A stretch of 64,000 nucleotides of DNA from a virus: IMG/VR virus record IMGVR_UViG_3300033056_000008, positions 46,387-110,386 of that record. One strand, 5' to 3'. Position numbers and translations under genes: made by a program. The notes under the pieces are model-generated. The model did no database searches and was not told the origin of the DNA. It saw only the letters and a list, made by a program, of their open reading frames with translations. Shown here piece by piece: positions 51,463 through 60,207 of this stretch (the stretch's first letter is position 1; each line of letters begins with the position of its first letter).

Positions 51463-51530
51463 CTGTTATTTAAATTATTTTACAATTTATATTTTTAATT
51501 ATCATATGTATATATGTATGGATATATTGG

Positions 51531-51692
51531 CTACTTAGCGCTTCGAAGTAACTTTATCGCTGTATTTTCATTATTTAACTTATCTCCATTACGAGAAACA
51601 TTGTCCAATCTTAGATCAATGCTGGCAAATTTATAAAATTCACGATATTGTTTTTCGTATTTTAATTTATTTATACTTACAACGTTACTCAT
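51531..51692 (-). CDS. 53-aa protein downstream of the arbitrium locus (not in ORF track)
   Basis: GGAGGTG RBS; own promoter TAGACA-17-TATACT; MSNVVSINKLKYEKQY...RSAK. Confidence 0.6.
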   Translation of the reverse strand: MSNVVSINKLKYEKQYREFYKFASIDLRLDNVSRNGDKLNNENTAIKLLRSAK

Positions 51693-51805
51693 GCCGAAAA
51701 CACCTCCATGTGTATCTCTTTAAATTAAGTATACCTTAATGAGATGGAAGTGTCTAGCTTATTATTAATTTATTTTTATATAAATGTTTCTCAGTGTACT
51801 TCTTA

Positions 51806-51943
51806 TTAATTATGTATCCATTCCTCTTCAGTTTTAATGTCTCCACATTTACAACTTATAGTTGACCAACAAGACCAGCAAGGAGTATCTCCATTTTCTT
51901 CAGCAGATAGCATATTGACCAATTCTTCACTTGTTATCTTCAT
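51806..51943 (-). CDS. 45-aa Cys-rich protein, positional aimX candidate (not in ORF track)
   Basis: AAGGGAG RBS; MKITSEELVNMLSAEENGDTPCWSCWSTISCKCGDIKTEEEWIHN; first ORF after the aimP terminator. Confidence 0.5.
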   Translation of the reverse strand: MKITSEELVNMLSAEENGDTPCWSCWSTISCKCGDIKTEEEWIHN

Positions 51944-51972
51944 TTCTCATTCTCTCCCTTTAATTTACCCAT

Positions 51973-52014
51973 TTTGTATTTTTCGTTTCAGGTGTTTTTC
52001 GATTAAAATACAAA
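51973..52014. promoter_or_regulatory. Candidate AimR operator (inverted repeat)
   Basis: TTTGTATTTT-N22-AAAATACAAA, overlapping the U-tract of the aimP terminator. Confidence 0.5.
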
Positions 52015-52045
52015 TGGTGCTATCCTAATTAAAGGATAACACCAT
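52014..52045 (-). terminator. aimP terminator
   Basis: 13-bp stem ATGGTGTTATCCT/AGGATAGCACCAT (one G-U pair) followed by TTGTATTTT on the minus strand. Confidence 0.8.
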
Positions 52046-52076
52046 TCAGTATGTACTTTATTAATTTACTTTTTAA

Positions 52077-52220
52077 TTATCCGCCTACTGGTGGATCAGC
52101 CATTGGTTTCTCAACTGCAGGCTGTTCTGCAACTTTACTAACTTTTGCTGCTCCGAAACCAAAACCTAGTCCTAGAGCTAATGCAGAAGTTACAAATAAA
52201 ATTTTAACGATCTTTTTCAT
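52077..52220 (-). CDS. aimP: Arbitrium pro-peptide AimP; predicted mature peptide DPPVGG
   Basis: AAAGGAGGTG RBS; MKKIVKILFVTSALALGLGFGFGAAKVSKVAEQPAVEKPMADPPVGG: signal peptide plus C-terminal peptide, directly after aimR. Confidence 0.9.
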   Translation of the reverse strand: MKKIVKILFVTSALALGLGFGFGAAKVSKVAEQPAVEKPMADPPVGG

Positions 52221-52237
52221 TGTTATTTCACCTCCTT

Positions 52238-53386
52238 TCAAGATACTCTTAGAGTAATTAAGTCATTTAAAACTTCTTCATCAAAACCATTTTTAATACA
52301 TTCAATTCTTGGTAAGTTCGCTAAGAATGCGTCACCAATATGCATGTATTCGATTATCGATTTCAAAAGAATATTATTATTTTTTTCATTCTTGCCTTTA
52401 ATATAAAGATAAAAAGCTTTTTCTAATTTATCTTTGTTTTTTTCTAAAATTTCAGTTACATCATTACCACTATTAACTTCTTTTAGAATTTTATTTTTTA
52501 TATACTTACATTCGTAATTACATTTTCCCCAGAGAACATCAACTAATTCTAATTTCTCTTCAAGATCCTTAACTACTACTTCTCTTCCTAATTCAGAATA
52601 TAACTCTAAACTTTTAGAGAAATGTTTTCTAGTAAACTCGTAACAGTTGAAGATATAGGAATATCCTTTAATAAAATAACCATAAGCCTCAAAAGATTTT
52701 CCAATATCAGTGTTTGAGTTTATTACATAGTCTGCATATGTTCTAGCTACTACTTCATCATTGCAAACTCTTAGAGTTAAATATGACATTGTTTCACTAT
52801 GTCTAACTCTATACATCTTCATAAGATAATTACTAGTCAAGTTCTCCAAATCATACTCAATCTCTTCTGCTAAAGTCATTACCATATTGTATCTTCCTAA
52901 TTGGTGATAGCAATACGTTCTTAGTATATTCGTGAATAATATAAGCTTAGAATCTGAGCTTTTAACGCTTCTAACATCCACTAGCATTTTTTGATAATCT
53001 ACATTAGGGAAATTTTCTTGATGATTCTTAAGCAGTCTGTACGGCTTAACCCACGCTTTATTTTTGGAATTCTCCATTCTATTCAGTAGCGTGTCCATTC
53101 CATCAAATTGACGATTCAAAGATAGAAATTCTAGTAAAAATCTAGCAGTTGCCTTGCTAGGATCGATATCTTTCGAGGCATTTGATAAGTGGGTTAGATA
53201 TTCTTCAGGGTACATAAATTCCAGCATTCTTACAAATCCATCAAAATTATCTATTTCACCATCTGGTTTAGCTAGCATTTCCATAAGTTTGTTACCACTA
53301 GCATATCTTGCGATAATGGCTAGTTCTGTTGGCATCCCTCTATTACCATCAATATGTTTTAAGATCATCTGCTTCAAAGCTTTCAT
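52238..53386 (-). CDS. aimR: Arbitrium receptor AimR (HTH-TPR, RRNPP family)
   Basis: 382 aa; pattern matches SPbeta AimR as recalled (N-terminal HTH, AR..LE, TPR helices, C-terminal YLYIKG...KSI...GDAFLANLP..E); followed by aimP. Confidence 0.88.
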   Translation of the reverse strand: MKALKQMILKHIDGNRGMPTELAIIARYASGNKLMEMLAKPDGEIDNFDGFVRMLEFMYPEEYLTHLSNASKDIDPSKATARFLLEFLSLNRQFDGMDTLLNRMENSKNKAWVKPYRLLKNHQENFPNVDYQKMLVDVRSVKSSDSKLILFTNILRTYCYHQLGRYNMVMTLAEEIEYDLENLTSNYLMKMYRVRHSETMSYLTLRVCNDEVVARTYADYVINSNTDIGKSFEAYGYFIKGYSYIFNCYEFTRKHFSKSLELYSELGREVVVKDLEEKLELVDVLWGKCNYECKYIKNKILKEVNSGNDVTEILEKNKDKLEKAFYLYIKGKNEKNNNILLKSIIEYMHIGDAFLANLPRIECIKNGFDEEVLNDLITLRVS

Positions 53387-53420
53387 TTTTTCACCCCGTT
53401 CAACTTATTTCAATTCATCC

Positions 53421-53449
53421 AATATACAACAAACGTTCGCATATTTCAA
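53421..53449 (-). promoter_or_regulatory. aimR-proximal sigma-A promoter with near-consensus LexA box in the spacer
   Basis: TTGAAA (53449-53444), 17 nt, TATATT (53426-53421); CAACAAACGTTCG at 53427-53439. Confidence 0.6.
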
Positions 53450-53558
53450 TATTTTCAAATAATAATAAGAGCAAATTCCTATTTCCTATGTATTTGTTTA
53501 TGTTTTAATTAATTTATTTTATTATATATTTTTTTCTTTCTCTCTTGCTTATGTACTT

Positions 53559-53587
53559 ATTATAAGATAAAAGGACAGGTAATGCAA
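53559..53587 (-). promoter_or_regulatory. aimR-distal sigma-A promoter flanked by AAAATAAATTAATT copies
   Basis: TTGCAT (53587-53582), 17 nt, TATAAT (53564-53559). Confidence 0.7.
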
Positions 53588-53735
53588 TACTTTTAATTAA
53601 TTTATTTTTAACTTTTTTTAAAAATGAAATCCCTACTCCTGTCATGATCGAGAAGTAGGAAAGTAGAAATACTTATTACACTATTATTAACCTGTTAAGA
53701 TTGATCTAAACAAATTTTAATAAAATATCTCTTAA

Positions 53736-53993
53736 TTAGTCGACATCCTTTACTAAACTTAAATCCATACCTAAGCTAGTAGTAAGGTTGAAAAACTTCT
53801 TAAAGTGCAACGGCTGTTTCTTATATAGAAGTAGATATATTTCGTCTACGCTTAACCCAGATATATTTGCAACTTCATCAAGTGTATTCTTTTCTTCAGT
53901 TATTTTATTGAGAATATGGACAGACATCGCGGCTTGTTTTCTTTCCATTTTTTCCATAGCTTCTCTAATTTTCAGATCGTTTTCTTCAAACAT
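53736..53993 (-). CDS. HTH (XRE-like) protein
   Basis: TLDEVANISGLSVDEIY...LTTSLGMDL. Confidence 0.7.
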   Translation of the reverse strand: MFEENDLKIREAMEKMERKQAAMSVHILNKITEEKNTLDEVANISGLSVDEIYLLLYKKQPLHFKKFFNLTTSLGMDLSLVKDVD

Positions 53994-54018
53994 TTTTTTT
54001 TATCTCTCCCTTTAAAAA

Positions 54019-54276
54019 TTATTTAATACTAAAAGCATTAAAGCCTTCAGATGTAACTGTGACATCAATATATTTTCTACCACTTGGACTTTTCTCTAGT
54101 TTAACATAATCTTTATTTTCCAACGATATTAACTCATTATTTACTGTTTCTAAATTTAATTTAGTATTATATGAAATTTGATTTGCTGATTTACCTTTAC
54201 TTTGTAACAATAAGTAGTTTAAAATAGCTCTTTGCTTCGTTGTTAAACTCACTTTAATCAACTCCTCTGCTCTCAA
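54019..54276 (-). CDS. Winged-helix (MarR-like) protein
   Basis: LTTKQRAILNYL...SANQISYNTKLNLETVNNELISLENKDYV...SGRKY...VTSEG. Confidence 0.75.
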   Translation of the reverse strand: MRAEELIKVSLTTKQRAILNYLLLQSKGKSANQISYNTKLNLETVNNELISLENKDYVKLEKSPSGRKYIDVTVTSEGFNAFSIK

Positions 54277-54531
54277 TTATCTTACTTCCAATAATTCTCT
54301 TCTTTTCTCATATTTTACTCCATATTTCATTTCAGCGTCTACTAATGTTCTAAATTCTAACCCAAGATACATTGCCTCTGTTTGATTAAATCCGTATAAA
54401 TAACCTAGAATAAATTCATCAGCTTCTTTCTGTGTAGTAAACGTTTCTACTGGCTCTTTACTAAACTCTACTACAATATGAAATCCTTCTGCATCTTGAA
54501 TGTAATTAATATTCTCAACATTAGCTAACAT
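54277..54531 (-). CDS. Hypothetical phage protein
   Basis: GGAGG RBS. Confidence 0.65.
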   Translation of the reverse strand: MLANVENINYIQDAEGFHIVVEFSKEPVETFTTQKEADEFILGYLYGFNQTEAMYLGLEFRTLVDAEMKYGVKYEKRRELLEVR

Positions 54532-54591
54532 ATTTCATTCCTCCAGTTAATTTGATATGATTTTGATACCAACTTCGAAAAGGTGATTACC

Positions 54592-54768
54592 ATGAGTGAT
54601 GAAAAGTATAACGGTTATGACACAACTATTATTTATAACTACCAAGACTATCCTGATGTCAAAAGTGGTCGCTGCGATAATTGTGATAACGCTCAGTTTA
54701 AAAGTTCCGTTAAGAATTACGTATTCATACGTGAGTGTAGAAGATGCGGAATGAAGAAAAGTATTTAA
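54592..54768 (+). CDS. Small zinc-ribbon protein, counter-oriented, with own terminator
   Basis: AAAGGTG RBS; CDNC...CRRC; hairpin GCCCTAT/ATAGGGC near 54777-54795. Confidence 0.75.
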   Translation: MSDEKYNGYDTTIIYNYQDYPDVKSGRCDNCDNAQFKSSVKNYVFIRECRRCGMKKSI

Positions 54769-55216
54769 TATGTAACTGCCCTATGTTTATAGGGCTTTTA
54801 TTTTAATTTCGTAAGCACTAACCTCACCAGTATGATTAATTTTGTACTTTGCTAACCTACAAATAAATTCTACAATAGCTTCATCCTCAGTTTTAGCTTT
54901 TACATAATCATTCGGCTGATAGCTCCCCTTACTTGTCGTAAAGCAGTGATACAGTTTCTCCATTCCATCAGACCCCTTTACTTAACTTCTATATTTCTTT
55001 TAATTTAATTTCACTAGGTAAATACCTCTGAATTTCAGTAACTTCCTCTAGCTGCACATCAATTAAATGTTTTCCTCTTTTAATTACTACTCCTTCGCTT
55101 CCATAAAACATATCATCTTGATCTGTTACTACAATTACATCATCTTTCTTCATTCATATCATTCCTTTGAGTATAATATGATGACTGATTAGTGTGCAGT
55201 TGTCTAGTATAAGCTA

Positions 55217-55245
55217 ATTATATTAATTTATTTTTAACTAATCAA
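55217..55245 (-). promoter_or_regulatory. Sigma-A promoter with AAAATAAATTAA in the spacer
   Basis: TTGATT (55245-55240), 17 nt, TATAAT (55222-55217). Confidence 0.75.
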
Positions 55246-55343
55246 TACTTTTTCTATAATTTTCTAACTTTTATCAAAATAAAAAGCCCTAATATGGGCT
55301 AATTTTAGTTTAAAACTGCTGTTTTATCTACTTACTCACATTT

Positions 55344-56309
55344 TTATTTTTCTATCAATTCAAGTATATCTAACTTTTCACACATACAAGCCCCACATTT
55401 AGTACACATTATTTTATTACACTTATAGCAAATTGGTTGAAGCTTGGTATTGATAAAGGAAGTACATCTATAACAATTAGTCTGACGGTAACTCCCTTTG
55501 TAGGGGTTAATCTTATTTATTTTTATAATCATATTTTTTCTTTCGTCTTCTATTAACATATATTTTCTTACAGCTTCATAGAGTTCATCACTTGTTTTTG
55601 TACCATAAATAAAATTATAACGAAGATATGTGATAGGTTTATTACTAATATAACTACGTTGACGCTCATAGACCTCATATGCTATAGCAGATACATTTCT
55701 ACCATTCTTATATAACCTTTGCATTTCTTCCTTATGATAATTATTCAAAAAGCTTTGATTTTTCTCCCCTATTTTCAAAGTGAAAATAAATCCATACTTA
55801 TCACTTTGAATAATAACAGGATAAGGTATACTTACGGCTTGAGAAATTTCCAAATCTAAAGAGGATTTGTCTACAAATTCTAAGGAATACGTTTTTTCAA
55901 CAATATCACCAGAAGGATCAAGTCGATCTAGTAATGCTTCAAGGGAAGCTGTTGTGTATGATATTTCATAATCCGTGACATAGTAATTATTTGAAATAAC
56001 TTGTGAAATTACAGCATTAATCTTAATTGGATTAACATTGATCTCTGATAACTTATTTACTTGGTTAATATTCAATTTAGATATACTGGAACTGCCTAGA
56101 AAAACCTGTACCTCATTATCTATTTCTATAAACTTCACTTTATCCAAAATTTTACCTTTTACTGCCGCGCTATTATTTTTAATTGAAAATGTATCTAGAT
56201 GTATTTCATCTGTTTTTAATACTATAGTTCCACAAATAGGGCAAAATTTATAAAATGATTTTAGTTCATAACCACATGAACAATTCACTGATAATATAAC
56301 CTCCGTCAA
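55344..56309 (-). CDS. Accessory protein with N- and C-terminal Cys-rich zinc fingers
   Basis: CSC...CPIC at N-terminus; CYRC...CYKC...CTKCGACMC at C-terminus. Confidence 0.7.
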   Translation of the reverse strand: MTEVILSVNCSCGYELKSFYKFCPICGTIVLKTDEIHLDTFSIKNNSAAVKGKILDKVKFIEIDNEVQVFLGSSSISKLNINQVNKLSEINVNPIKINAVISQVISNNYYVTDYEISYTTASLEALLDRLDPSGDIVEKTYSLEFVDKSSLDLEISQAVSIPYPVIIQSDKYGFIFTLKIGEKNQSFLNNYHKEEMQRLYKNGRNVSAIAYEVYERQRSYISNKPITYLRYNFIYGTKTSDELYEAVRKYMLIEDERKNMIIKINKINPYKGSYRQTNCYRCTSFINTKLQPICYKCNKIMCTKCGACMCEKLDILELIEK

Positions 56310-56745
56310 ATTAAAACAATAGGTATATTATACCATAAAATAATACTAGGGATATTAAAAAAATAATAAAAGTCTGTTTTATAGTCTTAAAATTTATCTA
56401 CATGAGTGAATTTAGTATAATTGATTTTTGATATTATAATTTATTTTCAAATATGATTGTATCCAGACAAAGCGGATTCTATCTGGATACAATCATATTT
56501 ATTTGTTCTTATCAAATACTGGGTAGTCACCTTCTCCGTATCTTTCATAACAACTTTCACACAGGATAACCTTATCTTTTCTTATGTTACCGTCATTTTC
56601 ATTAGTTAGAAGATTACAAGAAGCACAATGGTTTTCCATAATAAAATATCCCCCTATTTAAATGTAAAAACTTTCTATTTGTATACTATATGGTCGATTA
56701 ATTTCAGTCAACTAAAATAATTCAAAATAATATGGATATTTTAAT

Positions 56746-56937
56746 CTAATCTTCACTTTTATTAAAATTCTCAGAGCCGCACCATTGACATGTATAAAAA
56801 ATATTTGAAGATTCTTCTTCCCATTCCTCACCACAGCCATCGCATATCCACCAATTTAATAATGATCTATTCTTTTGATTAATCATTCCCATTCTTAAAC
56901 ACCCTAAAATTAATTTATTTTTTAAAGAAGTTCCCAC
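56746..56937 (-). CDS. Small zinc-ribbon protein
   Basis: CDGC...CQWC; start uncertain. Confidence 0.55.
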   Translation of the reverse strand: MGTSLKNKLILGCLRMGMINQKNRSLLNWWICDGCGEEWEEESSNIFYTCQWCGSENFNKSED

Positions 56938-57107
56938 TCTGCTAAAGTTCCTTTATAACTTAACAAAGTAATTCCAAGTATCTCACCGTCTTCCGTACAA
57001 TCAAACAATTCACCTTTATACTTAATAACAAACCACTTCTCACCGTTTAACTTCGCCATTGCCATCTGACCTTCTTGAATATCGTCAATCATCTCTACTA
57101 GTGTCAT
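56922..57107 (-). CDS. Small phage protein
   Basis: AAGGGTG RBS. Confidence 0.6.
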   Translation of the reverse strand: MTLVEMIDDIQEGQMAMAKLNGEKWFVIKYKGELFDCTEDGEILGITLLSYKGTLAEWELL

Positions 57108-57137
57108 TGCTGCACCCTTTCCGATGAAATTTAATTT

Positions 57138-57320
57138 TTATCCAAACAACTTCAATATACCTATCAAAACTAAGAAAGTCGCTGGTACAAATATTATTGA
57201 GATAAACCAATTAAATAGGAAATCCTTAGTAGTTGTACTGTACTGACCATAATCTGTAGAATCAATTGCTATGTTTAATGTAATCAGTAGGTATATAACA
57301 GTTAAGACAAACCACAACAT
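57138..57320 (-). CDS. Small membrane protein
   Basis: Two hydrophobic helices; GAGGTG RBS. Confidence 0.6.
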   Translation of the reverse strand: MLWFVLTVIYLLITLNIAIDSTDYGQYSTTTKDFLFNWFISIIFVPATFLVLIGILKLFG

Positions 57321-57341
57321 TATATCACCTCTGTATAAAAT

Positions 57342-57665
57342 TCAGTTTTTATTTTCATATATGTTACCTACAACCTCAAATTTCAAAATAGCAAGTAGAC
57401 TCATATTTTCCTCTTCTCCACAGCTATTCCTAACAACAAATCTAGCTAGTGTAGGAGCGTAAATAACTTCCCAGGTTTCATTATTTTTCAATAAATCACC
57501 TTCATAAATCTCTACTCCGTTTTTATCATTAAGTCCTGTATATTGTAAGAAAATGATATTCTTAGCTTCTTCTACATATTGAAAGGGAGTTGATTGTTTT
57601 ACATCTTTCCAAGACCACATTTCATTATAATCAGTATTCCATACTCTAAACTTTATTTCTCTCAC
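57342..57665 (-). CDS. YopX family protein
   Basis: REIKFRVW...LQYTGLNDKNGVEIYEGD...EVVGNIYEN. Confidence 0.9.
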   Translation of the reverse strand: MREIKFRVWNTDYNEMWSWKDVKQSTPFQYVEEAKNIIFLQYTGLNDKNGVEIYEGDLLKNNETWEVIYAPTLARFVVRNSCGEEENMSLLAILKFEVVGNIYENKN

Positions 57666-57717
57666 TCAGTCAACTCCTTTGTATAAAATCACTATTTTAA
57701 ATTATTTATTTTCAACC

Positions 57718-58011
57718 TTATATACTGTGATCAGTACCACATTCCATACAATTCCATGAACGCTTGTAATCATTTTTCTTATCTTTCTTACCTCTAGATA
57801 ACTTCCCATCACAATCTGGACAAATATTTTTTACTATCTTCACATGTCTAATCCTTTGTTCTTCTAGTAGCCTTCTTCGCTCTTGCCTCTGAACTTTTTC
57901 TTCTTGAGTAAGTTTAGAGTTAGCATTTGCATTGGCTGCTATCAGAGAGCTAAGCAAAGGGTAAATTGATGGATCTCCGTACCCTGCTATACCAAGTATT
58001 TCTTTTTTCAT
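57718..58011 (-). CDS. Zinc-ribbon protein
   Basis: CPDC...CMEC; GGAGG RBS. Confidence 0.65.
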   Translation of the reverse strand: MKKEILGIAGYGDPSIYPLLSSLIAANANANSKLTQEEKVQRQERRRLLEEQRIRHVKIVKNICPDCDGKLSRGKKDKKNDYKRSWNCMECGTDHSI

Positions 58012-58055
58012 TAAATTAACTCCTCCCTTTATTAATTACCAATATTGATTTATTT

Positions 58056-58286
58056 TCAATCCCAAGGGTAAGTAATTTCACCTTTTAATTCTAAAACTGT
58101 GACTTCGTCAAGATAGAATTTTTCTTTTGTTGTTTCATTAATCACATTAAAACCCACTAAATAATAATCATTCTTATATACATTAGAATTATCGACTGGT
58201 TCTATTAAAGTAATTTTATCTCCTTTATTAATATCCCAACCTTCTACTGGATTACTTACTGTTATTTTTGATGTAAAACTTTCCAT
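58056..58286 (-). CDS. Hypothetical phage protein
   Basis: AAGGAGG RBS. Confidence 0.65.
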   Translation of the reverse strand: MESFTSKITVSNPVEGWDINKGDKITLIEPVDNSNVYKNDYYLVGFNVINETTKEKFYLDEVTVLELKGEITYPWD

Positions 58287-58732
58287 ACTGTTTCCTCCTT
58301 ATAAAATGAGATTTTTAATCTAACCTTTTACAATGCTAAGTGAATAAATAGACTTATATCATAAGGTTTCAAACTATGTTATCCTTAAATCACCTAAAAA
58401 TAATATTTTAAACTGTATTGCAGATATTGTTTTTTTGAATAATACTGAGGATGATGTCATATTGAATTTGGACAAAAAGTCGCATATAATGGTAAAGTTC
58501 ATTTTATCTTTTTCAATCATGAAAACGGTCTATTAGAAATTCAAGAACCAGTAACTAAATCTATAATTTTAGTAAATCACAAAGACTTGATTATTAGAGT
58601 GAAGTAAGGTCATCTTTGATGGCTTTATTTATTATTCTTTTTAGTCGTAGCACTATAATTTTATTTGTATAAGTGAATAATCCCTCACTTTCTTTCACCT
58701 TACCTACTCCTTTTTTAAAATTAGAATTTTAT

Positions 58733-58915
58733 TTAAACAGTTTTAATATAGCTAGGATTATGTCTTACTTCTTCAATATAAGCACCTGAGTCATATTCTT
58801 TATTCATAATATCAATATATGCTTGTGCCATTTCCTCTGTATCAAAACAACCTTCACAAGCTGTTTGTTCAACACCATACATTTCTACACTATACATTAC
58901 TAAGTACTTCACCAT
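58733..58915 (-). CDS. Small phage protein
   Basis: AAAGGTG RBS. Confidence 0.6.
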   Translation of the reverse strand: MVKYLVMYSVEMYGVEQTACEGCFDTEEMAQAYIDIMNKEYDSGAYIEEVRHNPSYIKTV

Positions 58916-58952
58916 TAAACACGCACCTTTTTTAATATTATTTCTAGTTAAT

Positions 58953-59255
58953 TTATTTCCTTTTAGGTAAAAAGTTTTTGTAACTTTTCTTAACTGTATT
59001 GTAAGCTGATACTTCCCATTTCAATAAAAAGTTTCCTAGAGCTGCAAGAATGAGAATCACAGTCGTTATATTAGGAGGAAATTGCTTTGAGCTACCGTAT
59101 TGAACAAGATATTGAAACTTAGCTCTTTCACTAATATTAATAAGCATATGTGTCATATAGAATATAAACCAAAGCACGGCACCAGTAACATGAATAACTA
59201 TTAGGGTAAGTATTAAGTCGATCACTTCATTTCGCTCCCTTGTGCTGACGTTCAA
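58953..59255 (-). CDS. Membrane protein
   Basis: Two hydrophobic helices. Confidence 0.55.
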   Translation of the reverse strand: MNVSTRERNEVIDLILTLIVIHVTGAVLWFIFYMTHMLINISERAKFQYLVQYGSSKQFPPNITTVILILAALGNFLLKWEVSAYNTVKKSYKNFLPKRK

Positions 59256-59505
59256 TGTGGTTAACTAAGTCTTGATACTTATCCTTATATACACTTAGTT
59301 CTTTTACTTTTCTTTTCAGATTCTTAATTTCAAGTTCTGGTTCATAACGACCTTCTATTTTTAACTCGATATTACTCAACAATTTATTAACTTCAACTTC
59401 ATTTTTTAGTGAACTTGCAACCATAAACTTTTTTCCGTCTCTTAGCAGCCATACAGACCACCCATGCTTATATTGTTTAGCTGTATATAATAATTTATAT
59501 TCCAA
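59227..59505 (-). CDS. Hypothetical phage protein
   Basis: GAGGAG RBS. Confidence 0.6.
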   Translation of the reverse strand: MEYKLLYTAKQYKHGWSVWLLRDGKKFMVASSLKNEVEVNKLLSNIELKIEGRYEPELEIKNLKRKVKELSVYKDKYQDLVNHIERQHKGAK

Positions 59506-59556
59506 ATTACTCTCTCCTCTTCTGTTAAAATTAATTTTTATTATATATCAAGTTAT

Positions 59557-59910
59557 TTATAAAAACGTTAACCAATAGCGTATATCACTATCCACTGATT
59601 CTCTCGTTGGCGTTCCAGGATACTTAGTATCCTCATCCCCTGATTCATGTTCTGCATCATCATAACGGTATTTCTCCATTTGATTCATAATGCTGTTTTG
59701 GTCATAAAAGCTTAGTCTAGATGGAGAATTACACGCTTCATATTCTGTTTCAGCCTCAATACGTCTATTTAATTCTGTACGAGCATTTTCAATATGGTCT
59801 CTCAGATAAAAGAACGCCCCTTGAGCTGTATCTGCTCCTTCATACTTAATACCAAGCAAATACTCACATCCTTCTATTGCTTTCTTTTGTTTCTCTGACA
59901 TAGGTTTCAT
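59557..59910 (-). CDS. Hypothetical phage protein
   Basis: AAGGGGTG RBS. Confidence 0.65.
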   Translation of the reverse strand: MKPMSEKQKKAIEGCEYLLGIKYEGADTAQGAFFYLRDHIENARTELNRRIEAETEYEACNSPSRLSFYDQNSIMNQMEKYRYDDAEHESGDEDTKYPGTPTRESVDSDIRYWLTFL

Positions 59911-59964
59911 GTCGAATCACCCCTTCTATTATTATAATTTATTTTACATAAAATTAATTTTTTA

Positions 59965-60183
59965 TTAAATTTCTTTAAAATGTGACTCTAATGTTTCCAG
60001 AGTAATTTCAATCCAACTATCCTTACTCTCTAAACGTATGTCAGATAAAGATGAATCCTCTTGTATCTCCCATATAGAATCTTTATTTATCACTATGTAT
60101 TCATTATCAATTTGGTATCCATCTTCATCATATTTTTGTAGCATTAAGTCTTCGATACATTTAAATGATTTTTCAATTTCCAT
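59965..60183 (-). CDS. Acidic small protein
   Basis: GGAGG RBS. Confidence 0.6.
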   Translation of the reverse strand: MEIEKSFKCIEDLMLQKYDEDGYQIDNEYIVINKDSIWEIQEDSSLSDIRLESKDSWIEITLETLESHFKEI

Positions 60184-60207
60184 CTTTAATCCTCCATTTA
60201 TAATTTT

